This document shows positions 39,393 through 48,637 of a stretch of 56,840 nt of DNA, piece by piece. Each line of letters opens with the position of its first letter. Within the stretch, counting starts at the first letter, position 1. This DNA is from a virus (lineage: Duplodnaviria > Caudoviricetes): positions 1 through 56,840 of the IMG/VR virus record IMGVR_UViG_3300025120_014829; one strand, given 5' to 3'. Under the pieces are notes generated by a model that had not been told where the DNA came from, ran no database searches, and saw only the letters and a program-made list of their open reading frames with translations. The position numbers and the translations under genes are program-made.

Positions 39393-40721
39393 TTAAATTT
39401 CCCAAACTTCTTCTTCTATAATTGTAAAAAGTTTAACTTCTTTGTCCCACATTTCCCTTACGTGATCCATCACTTTGTCTGCATAGTCTAAGTCTAAGTC
39501 GCGACCATCATGTTCATGTTTCAATACAAGCGACCCATCACTGTCAACCCTGTCTACATAAATATGAGGTATCATGTTAATCCCGGTGTTTCTAATCATT
39601 TCTTCTCTAACAACTTTCCAATCATCGTGATCAGTAACTTCAGAAACCACAGCTGATCCATCTTTTTTATTTTCGTATGCAAAAAAGTTTAATTCTCTAA
39701 AATCTTCTTCATCAAGTAACATTCTTAAGGCTGCTACGTCATCATGATTATCTCTCACTTCAAAACATTTTTCTAAACCATGCTCTCTTTCCATTTTTTG
39801 AAAGATATAAAAACCTACGTGATATGGGTTAACACCACCTAGGTGAGGCCTCACTACTGCATTGTGCATTTTTAGAAAAGGTAAGTGCATTGAATCTGGT
39901 AACTCTAAGTCATGAAGTATTTTGTAGTGCCAGAAAGATGCCCACCCCTCATTTAATATCTTTGTTTGTATTTGAGGCATAAAATACCAACTATCTTGTT
40001 TTACAATTTCAAGTAAATCAAGCTGCCAATTGGTAAACTTGTCTGGATAATATTCTGTGAAAAAAGACAAGAGGTCATGATCGGGTTTTAAGAGTCTTCT
40101 TGTTTCTAAACCTTCAAAGTCTAACACAAGACCTTTTTCTTTGTATGCATTATATCTTTTAATTTCTCTTTCTTTTATTTCACACCTAGTTTCTCTAGGT
40201 ATGCCGTAACGATCAGTCTGGTATTTTATTGCGTGTAGATTATCTAAAAAAGATTCAACTTTATCTTGACCTATGGAAGGGTTTTCAATATAACTTTGTA
40301 TTCTTTTTTTAGCATTTCTCATCCTTGAGACAACATGATCTGGGTCTGTATTTTTAAAACACCTGTTGTTTTTAAAGAAATCACTATGCCCGACACAATG
40401 TGCCATGATTAATATTTGCAGATACAGTGGATTCTGAAGCATTAAATATGCAATTGATGGGTTTGAATTAATAATCATCTCATAAGGCAACCCACTTTGA
40501 CCCATGTTGTAGTTGAGGTGTGTTCTTTCAAAAGTCTTACCATAACTCCAGTGATTATAGTGGCTTGGCATGCCATGATACGACATATGACCTATCATTT
40601 CGTAATAATCACAAATTTCATAAGTTATTTCAAACCAATCTAATCCGTAATTACGAGCTATTTCACATATTTTATCATCCCAAACGCTTAAATCTTTTGG
40701 TGAATATTCAGATAAGCTCAT
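39393..40721 (-). CDS. spoVR: SpoVR/YcgB family protein
   Basis: HWSYGK, YEMIINSNP.IAYL, AHCVGHSDFFKNN, QTKILNEGWASFWH, NPYHVG; start at 40721 after GGAGG. Confidence 0.93.
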   Translation of the reverse strand: MSLSEYSPKDLSVWDDKICEIARNYGLDWFEITYEICDYYEMIGHMSYHGMPSHYNHWSYGKTFERTHLNYNMGQSGLPYEMIINSNPSIAYLMLQNPLYLQILIMAHCVGHSDFFKNNRCFKNTDPDHVVSRMRNAKKRIQSYIENPSIGQDKVESFLDNLHAIKYQTDRYGIPRETRCEIKEREIKRYNAYKEKGLVLDFEGLETRRLLKPDHDLLSFFTEYYPDKFTNWQLDLLEIVKQDSWYFMPQIQTKILNEGWASFWHYKILHDLELPDSMHLPFLKMHNAVVRPHLGGVNPYHVGFYIFQKMEREHGLEKCFEVRDNHDDVAALRMLLDEEDFRELNFFAYENKKDGSAVVSEVTDHDDWKVVREEMIRNTGINMIPHIYVDRVDSDGSLVLKHEHDGRDLDLDYADKVMDHVREMWDKEVKLFTIIEEEVWEI

Positions 40722-41883
40722 ATTTTCCTCCAAATAACTTTGAAAATTGTGGCCATATATCTTTTTTGTCTCTAATGTTGATCACCTTAAATTTATCACT
40801 TATTAAAGGTTCAAATATTTTTGCCATTTCTTCTCCCCAAATTTTTTCCTGTGATCTCTTTATTTGAATATACCCGGCTAGTTGACTTATATTTACTAAG
40901 TTTCTCATCTTTTCTAAAGCTTTAGGGTTGTCTTCAGACCAATTTTCACCATCAGAACAATGAAATGTATAAATATTCCAACTTGATGGTGAATATCTTT
41001 CCTGCATTATCTGTTCAGCTTTTTCTAGTCCTGATGATATATAAGTCCCACCGGATGATGCTTTTTTAAAAAAGTCATCTTCGTTTGTTTCTTTCGCTTC
41101 AGTTGTGTGTGAAATAAATACCAAATCAATATTCTGGTATTTGAATCTGATAAATTGATATAGTAAGAAAAAGAACGATCGTGCAAGAAATTTCTTTCTT
41201 TTTGTCATGGAACCAGAAACATCCATTATCATAAAAATGACTGCATTAGTCACAGGTTTTTTAGTGACCTCAATATGTTTGTATTTAAGATCATCTTCAT
41301 GAAAAGGAAACCTATCTTCACTTTCTGGGTCAAACGTTCCATTATTAATGGCGCTGTTTCTTCTTCTAATCTTATTTTTTAAAGTTTCTTTCTTTGACAG
41401 TCTTGCATTAATACCTTTAGGTCTATATCCTTTGCGTTTGATCCGATCAGATGTCACAGTGTTATTCTGTTTCTTCTTAAGTTCAGGAAGGTTTAAATCA
41501 TCAAATAAGTACTTTGCTAGTTCATCTAATGAAACCTCGACATCGTAGTAGTCCTCTCCAGCACTATTGCCCGGCTTTTCTGGTTTACCGGCGCCTTTAC
41601 CTTTCTGTTTAGGTTTGCGAACTACTTGTCCTTTTTTAATATCTTGCCCTTGAGCTGATCCTACACCCTTAGTGCCACTACCTACACCATAAATAAATTG
41701 ATATTCTTTAATACCTCTGACGGGTATCTTTATTTTCTTTTTACCGTCTTGACCAATTATGCTTTCTTCAGCTACAATATCATGTATACCTTCTTTGATG
41801 GCTTTATCAATCTTTTCTTTGTGCCTTCTTCTATCTGAAGCAGATCTGTCTGCAACTGTCTTATGATTCTTAAATACTGACAT
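40708..41883 (-). CDS. yeaH: YeaH/YhbH (DUF444) vWA-domain protein
   Basis: DRRRH, MDVSGSM (MIDAS), FISHTTEA, SGGTYISS, HCSDGENW. Confidence 0.92.
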   Translation of the reverse strand: MSVFKNHKTVADRSASDRRRHKEKIDKAIKEGIHDIVAEESIIGQDGKKKIKIPVRGIKEYQFIYGVGSGTKGVGSAQGQDIKKGQVVRKPKQKGKGAGKPEKPGNSAGEDYYDVEVSLDELAKYLFDDLNLPELKKKQNNTVTSDRIKRKGYRPKGINARLSKKETLKNKIRRRNSAINNGTFDPESEDRFPFHEDDLKYKHIEVTKKPVTNAVIFMIMDVSGSMTKRKKFLARSFFFLLYQFIRFKYQNIDLVFISHTTEAKETNEDDFFKKASSGGTYISSGLEKAEQIMQERYSPSSWNIYTFHCSDGENWSEDNPKALEKMRNLVNISQLAGYIQIKRSQEKIWGEEMAKIFEPLISDKFKVINIRDKKDIWPQFSKLFGGKYELI

Positions 41884-41986
41884 ATAATTCCTTAATTTAA
41901 CTTTAACTTATATAATTATAATAAATGTTAGTAATAAGGAAAGGTTATTTTGACATTAGTTATAAAAAAGACAAGGTACATTTGGT

Positions 41987-42805
41987 ATGGATGACAATAA
42001 TATATTAAAGCTAATTTTAAAAGATTTACAAAAATTAAATGAAAAAAAGAAATCTAGTGGAATGAGAAGTGTAAAGAAAGGTGCAGACAATAATCCTAAA
42101 GTTACTAAAATGGATTTTCTGCCGGACAAGGTTTTAAATAAAATAGCTAAATCTAAAAACGAAGAAAAAGGTGAAGAGTGCTCTGCATGTGGCCATGTTG
42201 CAAAAGGAGATGATACAAATTGCGAGATGTGCAAAGAACCTCTAAACAATTTACAAGAAAAGCGCAAGAAAAAAAGAAAGAAAAAGCAAGTCAGGCATGA
42301 TCCGAATTATAGTGCTCCAGAAGGTTCAAAAAGAGATGCAGGGCTAGACAGAGCAAGAAGAGCATACCAACGAGGTGACGTAGCAGCTGCTGCAAAAATA
42401 AGAAGAAATATGGAAAAACCACATATGAAAGAGTCAAAACAGATAAATGAACTAAATGAACTTTTGAATGATATGATTGAGGAGCAGCTTTTAGACGAAA
42501 TGCTAAATGAATTAGAAAATCAGCTTAATGAAAAAAGAAAGCGTAAAAAGAAGAAGAAAAAAGGCGGAGGTTTATCTGCTGCAGTTAAAAAATCGCTTGA
42601 TAAGAAAGCAGACAAGAGATGTCTGACCCGCGGTTCTGTATATTCTGAGTTTAGAAAGGGGCTAGCAGCATTTTTATCCTCAGGTTCTAGAAAAGGTATG
42701 TCAGCACATCAATGGGCACATGCTCGAGTTAATTCAGCAAACCCAAGTAAGTCATGGGCATCTGTAAAGAAGCGCAAAACATGTCCTAAAAAGAAAAAGA
42801 AGTAA
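41987..42805 (+). CDS. Highly basic protein with a Zn ribbon and a DUF5824-like C-terminal domain
   Basis: CSACG...CEMC, poly-Lys tracts, LNE repeats, RKGLAAF.SSGSR...AHQWAHARVNS. Confidence 0.75.
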   Translation: MDDNNILKLILKDLQKLNEKKKSSGMRSVKKGADNNPKVTKMDFLPDKVLNKIAKSKNEEKGEECSACGHVAKGDDTNCEMCKEPLNNLQEKRKKKRKKKQVRHDPNYSAPEGSKRDAGLDRARRAYQRGDVAAAAKIRRNMEKPHMKESKQINELNELLNDMIEEQLLDEMLNELENQLNEKRKRKKKKKKGGGLSAAVKKSLDKKADKRCLTRGSVYSEFRKGLAAFLSSGSRKGMSAHQWAHARVNSANPSKSWASVKKRKTCPKKKKK

Positions 42806-42811
42806 TTAGAT

Positions 42812-43159
42812 ATGAAGATAACAAGACGTTTTATAAAGAACCTAATCAAGGAAGTAAAGGGAGGCAATTCTTGTCCTGCTGCGACCAAAGATAAGAAAGT
42901 TAACGCTGAAAACAAAATCAAAGCTGCAAAAAACCCTAAAATCAAATACGGTCACCCAAGTAAAATTAAAGATTTGCAAAAGCTTTTAAAAGAAAATAAA
43001 CTTTGTGGCAATTGCGCTGCTTTTGACATTACCCCTAAAATGATTAAGTGTGGCGGAGCTAATAAGAAAGGCACAGCAGGCTACTGTAAAATGCACGACT
43101 TTAGTTGTGCAGCAGAAAAGACATGTTTAACTTGGGCACCAGGAGGACCAAAGAGATGA
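42812..43159 (+). CDS. Cys-rich small protein with MKITRR leader
   Basis: CPAAT, CGNCAAFD, C, GYCKMHDFSC...TCLTWAPGGP. Confidence 0.8.
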   Translation: MKITRRFIKNLIKEVKGGNSCPAATKDKKVNAENKIKAAKNPKIKYGHPSKIKDLQKLLKENKLCGNCAAFDITPKMIKCGGANKKGTAGYCKMHDFSCAAEKTCLTWAPGGPKR

Positions 43160-43803
43160 AAATAACAAGAAGACAAATTAGAATATTATTAGAACAAGAA
43201 GTTGAAAAACTTTCTGATGAAGAAAAAGTAGCTGCAGAAAAAAAGATAGAAGACGAAGGTGGTGCTTTAGGTAAGGATGACTTTGTAAAAACAGTCAATG
43301 ACATCAACCCAGATGTAAATTACAGTGAAGAAGAAGCGTTACGTCGAGCTCAAGCATCAATTGAAGACTTTAAACTTCATAAGGCTACAGATGTATACAC
43401 CGACAGACCAAAAGAAATTAATGAAACTTTTTTAAGGCGATTAATAAGAGAAAAACTTGAAAAGATTGCTTTCTATGACAAGTACAGTTACGGATTAGAT
43501 GATATCCCTAACCAGACAAAAGCACATGACGATATTATAGGTCACACATGACTGACTCACGTTAAGCGGAAGGATTCTGCTTTAAATGAGGTTGGCAAAG
43601 TACTTTGGCATTCTTTAGATGAGAGCGGTCATATTGCTACATATGACGTTAAATGGTCTAATGATGTCATTGAGCGTGACATACCTTCAATATTACTTGA
43701 AAAAGTAAAAGACAGTAATGATATTGATGAAGTTCATGAATCACACGGTGTTGAAGGTCACAGATTAGATGCGCCTACAAGTGAAAGAAAATACAAGCTT
43801 TAA
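43156..43803 (+). CDS. Candidate selenoprotein (215 aa; in-frame TGA at 43549-43551 read as Sec)
   Basis: AGGAGG RBS and ATGA overlap at 43156; frame stays open for 83 codons after the TGA to TAA at 43801-43803; SECIS-like hairpin follows the TGA; context GHT-U-LTHV. Confidence 0.75.
43552..43590 (+). promoter_or_regulatory. Bacterial SECIS-like stem-loop
   Basis: AAGCGGAA(43564-71)/GGA/TTCTGCTT(43575-82) 8-bp stem with one G-U pair; lower CTCA/TGAG pairing; G-led apical loop begins after a 20 nt spacer from the UGA. Confidence 0.65.
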
Positions 43804-44504
43804 AGACTTAAATCAACGTCAAAAACATTGTCGCGCATATCATAAAGTTTTTGTATATCTCCCTCGCTACGCAGTATTTTATAAATAATATTCTCGTCAG
43901 ACATTTCGCCTCCTTTATCGAGTCCAGCCTGGCGCATGTTATTAATCTTTTTTATAAGTTTATCGAGGTCCGCAGTGATTCTAGTAATTTTAGCTTCATC
44001 AATTTCCATATTAATTTGTCTCCTAAGATACTTTACCTTTTTTAAAACGTTTTGCTTGTCAAAACTACTTCTAAACTTATCAGGTTTTGACAACCATTTG
44101 TCATCTTTAATTGAATACACACCGCTCTCAACTGACTTCATATTTACATCTTGCGCAAATAACTCCACTTCAATGTTCAATACACGAATGTCATGTCGAA
44201 AATTAAATAGTTTTTTCTTTGCCTTTAAGAATTCTTCAACTAAATCGACGTCACGATTAATAGACTTTGGATCAACTATAATATGCAGATCAATGTCTGA
44301 ATAAGGAGTATAGTTGTAGTTTGCGTATGACCCTGTGAATGTCACGTCAATTACATCTATAGAAATACCTAGGTAATCTACGAAAGCATCGGATATTTCA
44401 AGCAGTTGTTCTCTAATATCAGGTTTTAGTTTATCTTCTTTCCACAATTTAACACTCAGTTCATCATGTGGTAAATGCTGTTTTATTTTGCTGCTAATTG
44501 ACAA
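43800..44504 (-). CDS. Pol-beta superfamily nucleotidyltransferase (phage type)
   Basis: TGSYANYNYTPYSDIDLHI (GS...DxD), VELFAQD, GVYS, ENIIYKILR; start codon uncertain. Confidence 0.85.
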   Translation of the reverse strand: MSISSKIKQHLPHDELSVKLWKEDKLKPDIREQLLEISDAFVDYLGISIDVIDVTFTGSYANYNYTPYSDIDLHIIVDPKSINRDVDLVEEFLKAKKKLFNFRHDIRVLNIEVELFAQDVNMKSVESGVYSIKDDKWLSKPDKFRSSFDKQNVLKKVKYLRRQINMEIDEAKITRITADLDKLIKKINNMRQAGLDKGGEMSDENIIYKILRSEGDIQKLYDMRDNVFDVDLSL

Positions 44505-45415
44505 TTTTCATCTCCGTACATTTCACGGTACTTAAGTATCGCTTGCTCTTTTGCTTTTGCCTCAAATACTACATCTAAATTAAGTCCGTAGTCACTAACA
44601 CGATTTAAAATATAATCACTATGTGCTTGAGGTTTAACTTTTAAATTTTCATTTAGTGCTTTAGACTCAGAAAAATGACATGTAGGAGTTACATCGCCCC
44701 ATGTAGAAGCTGCTAGTTTTACTGCTTCTTCTTCCGATTGACCACCGGTGCAGAACTTGTGATGGTGATAGTCAAACACAATAGGTACACCTAATCTTTC
44801 GTATACTTGATATAGGTCTTTAGTACTGTACATCGATGCCTTGTCATCGTTTTCAAGTGTAATTCGACACTTAACATTATCTGGTAACAGTTCATAATTT
44901 TTACACCATCGGTCTATTGCTGAAACTTTGTCTCCATAAGTGGCACCGATGTGAATGTTAATTTTTGCCCATCGATTTCTTGGCATACCTAGTAAGTCCA
45001 TTAGCTTACCGTGCATTCTTAAATCAGTAACAGAACCAGCGACAACATGAGGTTTAGGGCTAGTAAGAATGTTAAAAGGTCCAGGATGAAAAGATAAACG
45101 TATATTATTTTGTTTTGCATATTCACCAGCTTTATGTAGATTTTGTTTAATTTTTTGATAATCAGGTAAGTCTTCAATCTCATACTCAGAACCCCAAGGT
45201 AGTAGACAAGATGACATACGAAAAACTTCAATATTGTTTTCCCTGTTCCATTTGAGTATCGGAAGTATATTTCTAGTATTGTGCTCTGCTAACTCAGAGG
45301 CATAACTAATACCCTTTGCCTTGAAAGTTCTTTTAATCATGCCACGATTTGTTGTAACCTTATAGTTTTTTTGTAAGTGCATATTAATGCAAGCGTAACC
45401 TAAACGAATAGCCAT
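44483..45415 (-). CDS. uvsE: UV-damage endonuclease
   Basis: RLGYACIN, FRMSS, RLSFHPG, NIHIG, LENDD, FDYHHH, HFSES, AHSDY, EAKAKE. Confidence 0.93.
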   Translation of the reverse strand: MAIRLGYACINMHLQKNYKVTTNRGMIKRTFKAKGISYASELAEHNTRNILPILKWNRENNIEVFRMSSCLLPWGSEYEIEDLPDYQKIKQNLHKAGEYAKQNNIRLSFHPGPFNILTSPKPHVVAGSVTDLRMHGKLMDLLGMPRNRWAKINIHIGATYGDKVSAIDRWCKNYELLPDNVKCRITLENDDKASMYSTKDLYQVYERLGVPIVFDYHHHKFCTGGQSEEEAVKLAASTWGDVTPTCHFSESKALNENLKVKPQAHSDYILNRVSDYGLNLDVVFEAKAKEQAILKYREMYGDENCQLAAK

Positions 45416-45441
45416 TGTTTTTTCCTCCTTTTATATAAATT

Positions 45442-45470
45442 ATTATACCACACAAAATATTTTGTTGCAC
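45442..45470 (-). promoter_or_regulatory. Sigma70-like promoter with extended -10
   Basis: GTGCAA-N17-TATAAT with TGG before the -10, then an AGGAGG RBS for uvsE. Confidence 0.65.
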
Positions 45471-45503
45471 TTTTCGTATACTTAAAATATGAGGGGTTAT
45501 TTT

Positions 45504-46292
45504 ATGTTGAAAATAAAATCTTACATAATATGGGGGTGGGGTATGCTAACACTAGCAGGATTTTGCTTTTTAGTTTTGACGCAATTTTTAAGTTGTCACG
45601 GCAAACAAAAGGAAATAGAAACAGCTAAACCAATTTTTGTAAAAGAACATCAGTCTAAGCTTGAAAATTTTGTTTTTTTAGTTAAAGAGTCACATAGCTT
45701 CTGTATCCCTGACAAAAAAGAAAGTTGCCTAGAAGAACACACAATCTTACCAATAGCTTCTGCATCTGGAGTCATTCTATCATCATCTTCTTCTCACATA
45801 TTTATATTGACAGCAAATCATTTCTGCGAAGTATCAGATGTTGAAAGAGTCATGGGTGAAGTTAAAATAAGAATATTCTTAGGGGAATCGTCCAGGCTAG
45901 CAAGTGTCGTCACTTCAAGCAAAAAAGCAGACCTGTGTTTATTAGAAGCATTAAGATTTAAAGAAGAAAATTACACAACAACACGACTAGCAAAAGAAAT
46001 GCCCTTGATAGGCTCAACACTTATTAATGTAGCAGCTCCAGATGGAATGGCATCGCCTAATACAAGACTAATGTTTGATGGTAGTTTTGCTGGATGTGAA
46101 GGTCTGAACTGTGTATTCACAGTACCAGCAACTTTTGGGAGCAGTGGTTCTGCTGTATACAATGAAGAGGGTGAACTAGTTTCAATACTAGTAGCAGCTG
46201 CTGTAAATTTTGAAAACGTTTCTATGGGACCACATGTTGATATGATAAGGGTACTTGTTGAAACAGTTGAAGAAACTGTAGATATATATTAA
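45504..46292 (+). CDS. Membrane-anchored/secreted trypsin-like serine protease
   Basis: N-terminal TM, ASG, LTANHFC (His), DLCLL (Asp), GSSGS (Ser); start at 45504 after GAGGGG. Confidence 0.82.
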   Translation: MLKIKSYIIWGWGMLTLAGFCFLVLTQFLSCHGKQKEIETAKPIFVKEHQSKLENFVFLVKESHSFCIPDKKESCLEEHTILPIASASGVILSSSSSHIFILTANHFCEVSDVERVMGEVKIRIFLGESSRLASVVTSSKKADLCLLEALRFKEENYTTTRLAKEMPLIGSTLINVAAPDGMASPNTRLMFDGSFAGCEGLNCVFTVPATFGSSGSAVYNEEGELVSILVAAAVNFENVSMGPHVDMIRVLVETVEETVDIY

Positions 46293-46309
46293 TAACATAA
46301 AGGTGTTTT

Positions 46310-46726
46310 ATGAAATTATATGTCGACGAAGGTTTGCAATATAACCCAGAACAAATGAAATTAACTGGAGAGTTTATTCTCTTTTGCGCAGATAGTTTAC
46401 CAATAGAAGGAGACTTTGAAGTTCATCTGGTTAATTCTCGGGAACCTCATGGTATAAAAACGACAGCGCTTTATGAGGTTGGAAATAATTGCTGTAAAGT
46501 ATATTGTAAAAATCGTGCTTTGGCCGATGTGTTAAGATCTGTTGCGCATGAAATGACGCACATGATGCAAGACCAGATTGGTATATTAAATGGTCCTATA
46601 AGAGACGCCGGAGGGTTTCATGAAGATCAAGCTAACTCCAAAGCCGGAGAACTTATAAAACTATTTGCAAAGAGTAAACCAAATAGAAAAAGAATCTATG
46701 AAAATAAAGCATTAGGTTTACGCTAG
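46310..46726 (+). CDS. Small zincin-like (HExxH) protein
   Basis: DVLRSVAHEMTHMMQ ... EDQANSKAG. Confidence 0.75.
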   Translation: MKLYVDEGLQYNPEQMKLTGEFILFCADSLPIEGDFEVHLVNSREPHGIKTTALYEVGNNCCKVYCKNRALADVLRSVAHEMTHMMQDQIGILNGPIRDAGGFHEDQANSKAGELIKLFAKSKPNRKRIYENKALGLR

Positions 46727-46727
46727 T

Positions 46728-48608
46728 TTAGGTGTATATTCCACTCTCAATATCAATCACTAGGTTAAATGATTTAGTTCTTCCAGAGCCAGGAAGATTA
46801 TTATAGATAACCGCATTAGCCGGTACCGTGTTTAAATATTGTTTTATGACATTTTTAAATCTTTTAGAGTAACTCTTATTTGTATCTTCAGGTGCAACCC
46901 TGACATTTGTAATAGCGCCTTTCTTATTAACAACAATTCTCATTATTAGTTTCCCACCTGTTGTAGTTCTGTTCTTAGGCATTCTGTTGGCAAAAATACG
47001 TTTTAATCCTACTGTTGTTTGGTCACCAGATGCAGCAGTACCTGCGGGAAAACCAAGTGCTTCTAGATTTTGCGCAGTTCCTGTAAATTCTAAGGATATG
47101 TCAATTTTGTCTTCATTGGCTTGAGGTTGCGCAGAAAGAGTGTTAATTCCACCAGAAACGCTTCCTGGAGGAGGCCCGCCTGTTCCACCTGTTCCACCTG
47201 TTCCGCCTGTTCCGCCTGTTCCACCTGTTCCACCTGTTCCACCTATTGCTGGTTGACTAGTTCTGATTTTGCTACTTATATTTCGATCGGCATCACCATA
47301 AACAGTGTTATTGTTAACTAAGTCAAGTAAAAAACAAAACATACCTGCGTAATCGTTTGTATATGTTGGCAATTCAGACTTGAAGGCTGATGATATCTCT
47401 GCCATGGTGAGTGGATACGGCGCCGCTGGTATAGTTTCCGAAGTATTTACAGCTGATGCGCTCCCGAATACTCCAGAAGCTACAAATCGTCGATCAGCAA
47501 TACTTGCACCACGTTGCCCAAAAACAGCGTGGTTATCTAAACCATGTCGGGCAACTGTGTTAAATAAAGCTGCAGTATCACTATCGTAAGTTTCATCATC
47601 CATTGGTAGACGACCAGATAATTTGTTTTTCTTAGCATATCTTTGTAATAAAAATTCAATTTTTTGTATTATGTTTTTCCCAGCAATATCCTCAGCTTCA
47701 ACATCAAGTGAAACTGTTCCTGACGCGGAGCTACCAGGTGTACCACTACTACCACCTGATGTACCACCACCTGATGTCGAACTAGCTATCTGATCATAAC
47801 CAGGTGTGAATTTGCCTGCATATAATCCTTTTAAAATTTCTCCACATGTTACTGAAACATTTTTCGGGATCAAGTTCCCATCTCTCATTGTAACACCCTT
47901 TTTAATTCTGTAAGCAACAAGATTATTGACTGTCTGCTCACCAGAACCTTCAATAAATGGATCGATGACATATTTCATAACATCGCCAGCACTTAGTTCA
48001 CTTTGCGGATCGGAAGAGTATAGTAATATTTTATCTAAATCTGCAGCCTTTTCCTGCTTAGCTCTTCCAGTAAGATAACCCATCGCTGATGTTTGTCCCG
48101 ATAAGGCGTCCTTTTTATCCTTAAAGTACTTGGCAAGTCTAGACATGTCAAAAAGTGAAAAAGACTTACTTTTGAGCCTTTCACCTAGCTCTTGCATAAT
48201 AAATCCAATCTGAGCTTGTCCAGTCCCCATACCACCTATACCATATTCTAGAGTCTCATCAGTAAGTTTTTTAGCATAACCATGTATAGAATCATCACCA
48301 CCTCGCTCAGGATGTAATAGTATATCACTATCTGACAGCCCTAAAATTTCCATATAGATGTTTACTTCATTTTCAAAAACAACATAGTTGCTTGGTTTTA
48401 AAACTTCTTTCAGAGTTGTTTCTATGTCATCATTAAAACTTGCCATTGATTCGAATAATATCGTGCCACTTCCGGCATACATATATGGGCCACCGGTCGA
48501 GTCTTGGCGCACTGTATGGCTACCTATGCTATTTACAGCAGATTGGGGCGCTTCAGCTAATATTCTTTTTCTTATGATTCTTCTTATTTCTTCTTCTTTT
48601 AAAAACAT
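46728..48608 (-). CDS. Hypothetical multi-domain protein with Gly/Thr linkers and leader motif
   Basis: 626 aa; LKEEEIRRIIRKRILAE N-terminus; (GGT)n linker; TonB-C-like pattern (IVVNKKGAITNVRV) at the C-terminus. Confidence 0.7.
   Translation of the reverse strand: MFLKEEEIRRIIRKRILAEAPQSAVNSIGSHTVRQDSTGGPYMYAGSGTILFESMASFNDDIETTLKEVLKPSNYVVFENEVNIYMEILGLSDSDILLHPERGGDDSIHGYAKKLTDETLEYGIGGMGTGQAQIGFIMQELGERLKSKSFSLFDMSRLAKYFKDKKDALSGQTSAMGYLTGRAKQEKAADLDKILLYSSDPQSELSAGDVMKYVIDPFIEGSGEQTVNNLVAYRIKKGVTMRDGNLIPKNVSVTCGEILKGLYAGKFTPGYDQIASSTSGGGTSGGSSGTPGSSASGTVSLDVEAEDIAGKNIIQKIEFLLQRYAKKNKLSGRLPMDDETYDSDTAALFNTVARHGLDNHAVFGQRGASIADRRFVASGVFGSASAVNTSETIPAAPYPLTMAEISSAFKSELPTYTNDYAGMFCFLLDLVNNNTVYGDADRNISSKIRTSQPAIGGTGGTGGTGGTGGTGGTGGTGGPPPGSVSGGINTLSAQPQANEDKIDISLEFTGTAQNLEALGFPAGTAASGDQTTVGLKRIFANRMPKNRTTTGGKLIMRIVVNKKGAITNVRVAPEDTNKSYSKRFKNVIKQYLNTVPANAVIYNNLPGSGRTKSFNLVIDIESGIYT
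47176..47244. repeat. 9-bp tandem repeat (CCRCCTGTT)x7+, encoding Gly-Gly-Thr
   Basis: Seven full units plus a partial unit, read directly from the sequence. Confidence 0.95.
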
Positions 48609-48637
48609 ATATTTATATTCCTCTTCTAAAATTTAAC

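Noticed and set aside
44-41548. Numerous plus-strand ORFs in the track (e.g. 3509-4144, 19851-20378, 38390-38899)
   Set aside because: Antisense shadows of well-supported minus-strand genes, with no motifs or RBS; 34737-34985 is the exception
43105-43155. Track start of the 148 aa ORF (MCSRK...)
   Set aside because: The ATG at 43156 has the AGGAGG RBS, the stop-start overlap and the shared leader motif
43549-43551. Genome-wide UGA=Trp/Gly recoding as the explanation for the in-frame TGA
   Set aside because: Many genes end in TGA overlapping the next ATG, Trp is encoded by TGG, and the other long ORFs are intact in code 11
47176-47244. CRISPR or regulatory repeat
   Set aside because: Spacerless 9-bp in-frame tandem repeat encoding a Gly-Gly-Thr linker
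48610-48617. T4 late promoter TATAAATA on the minus strand
   Set aside because: It lies between the RBS and the ATG, too close to act as the promoter
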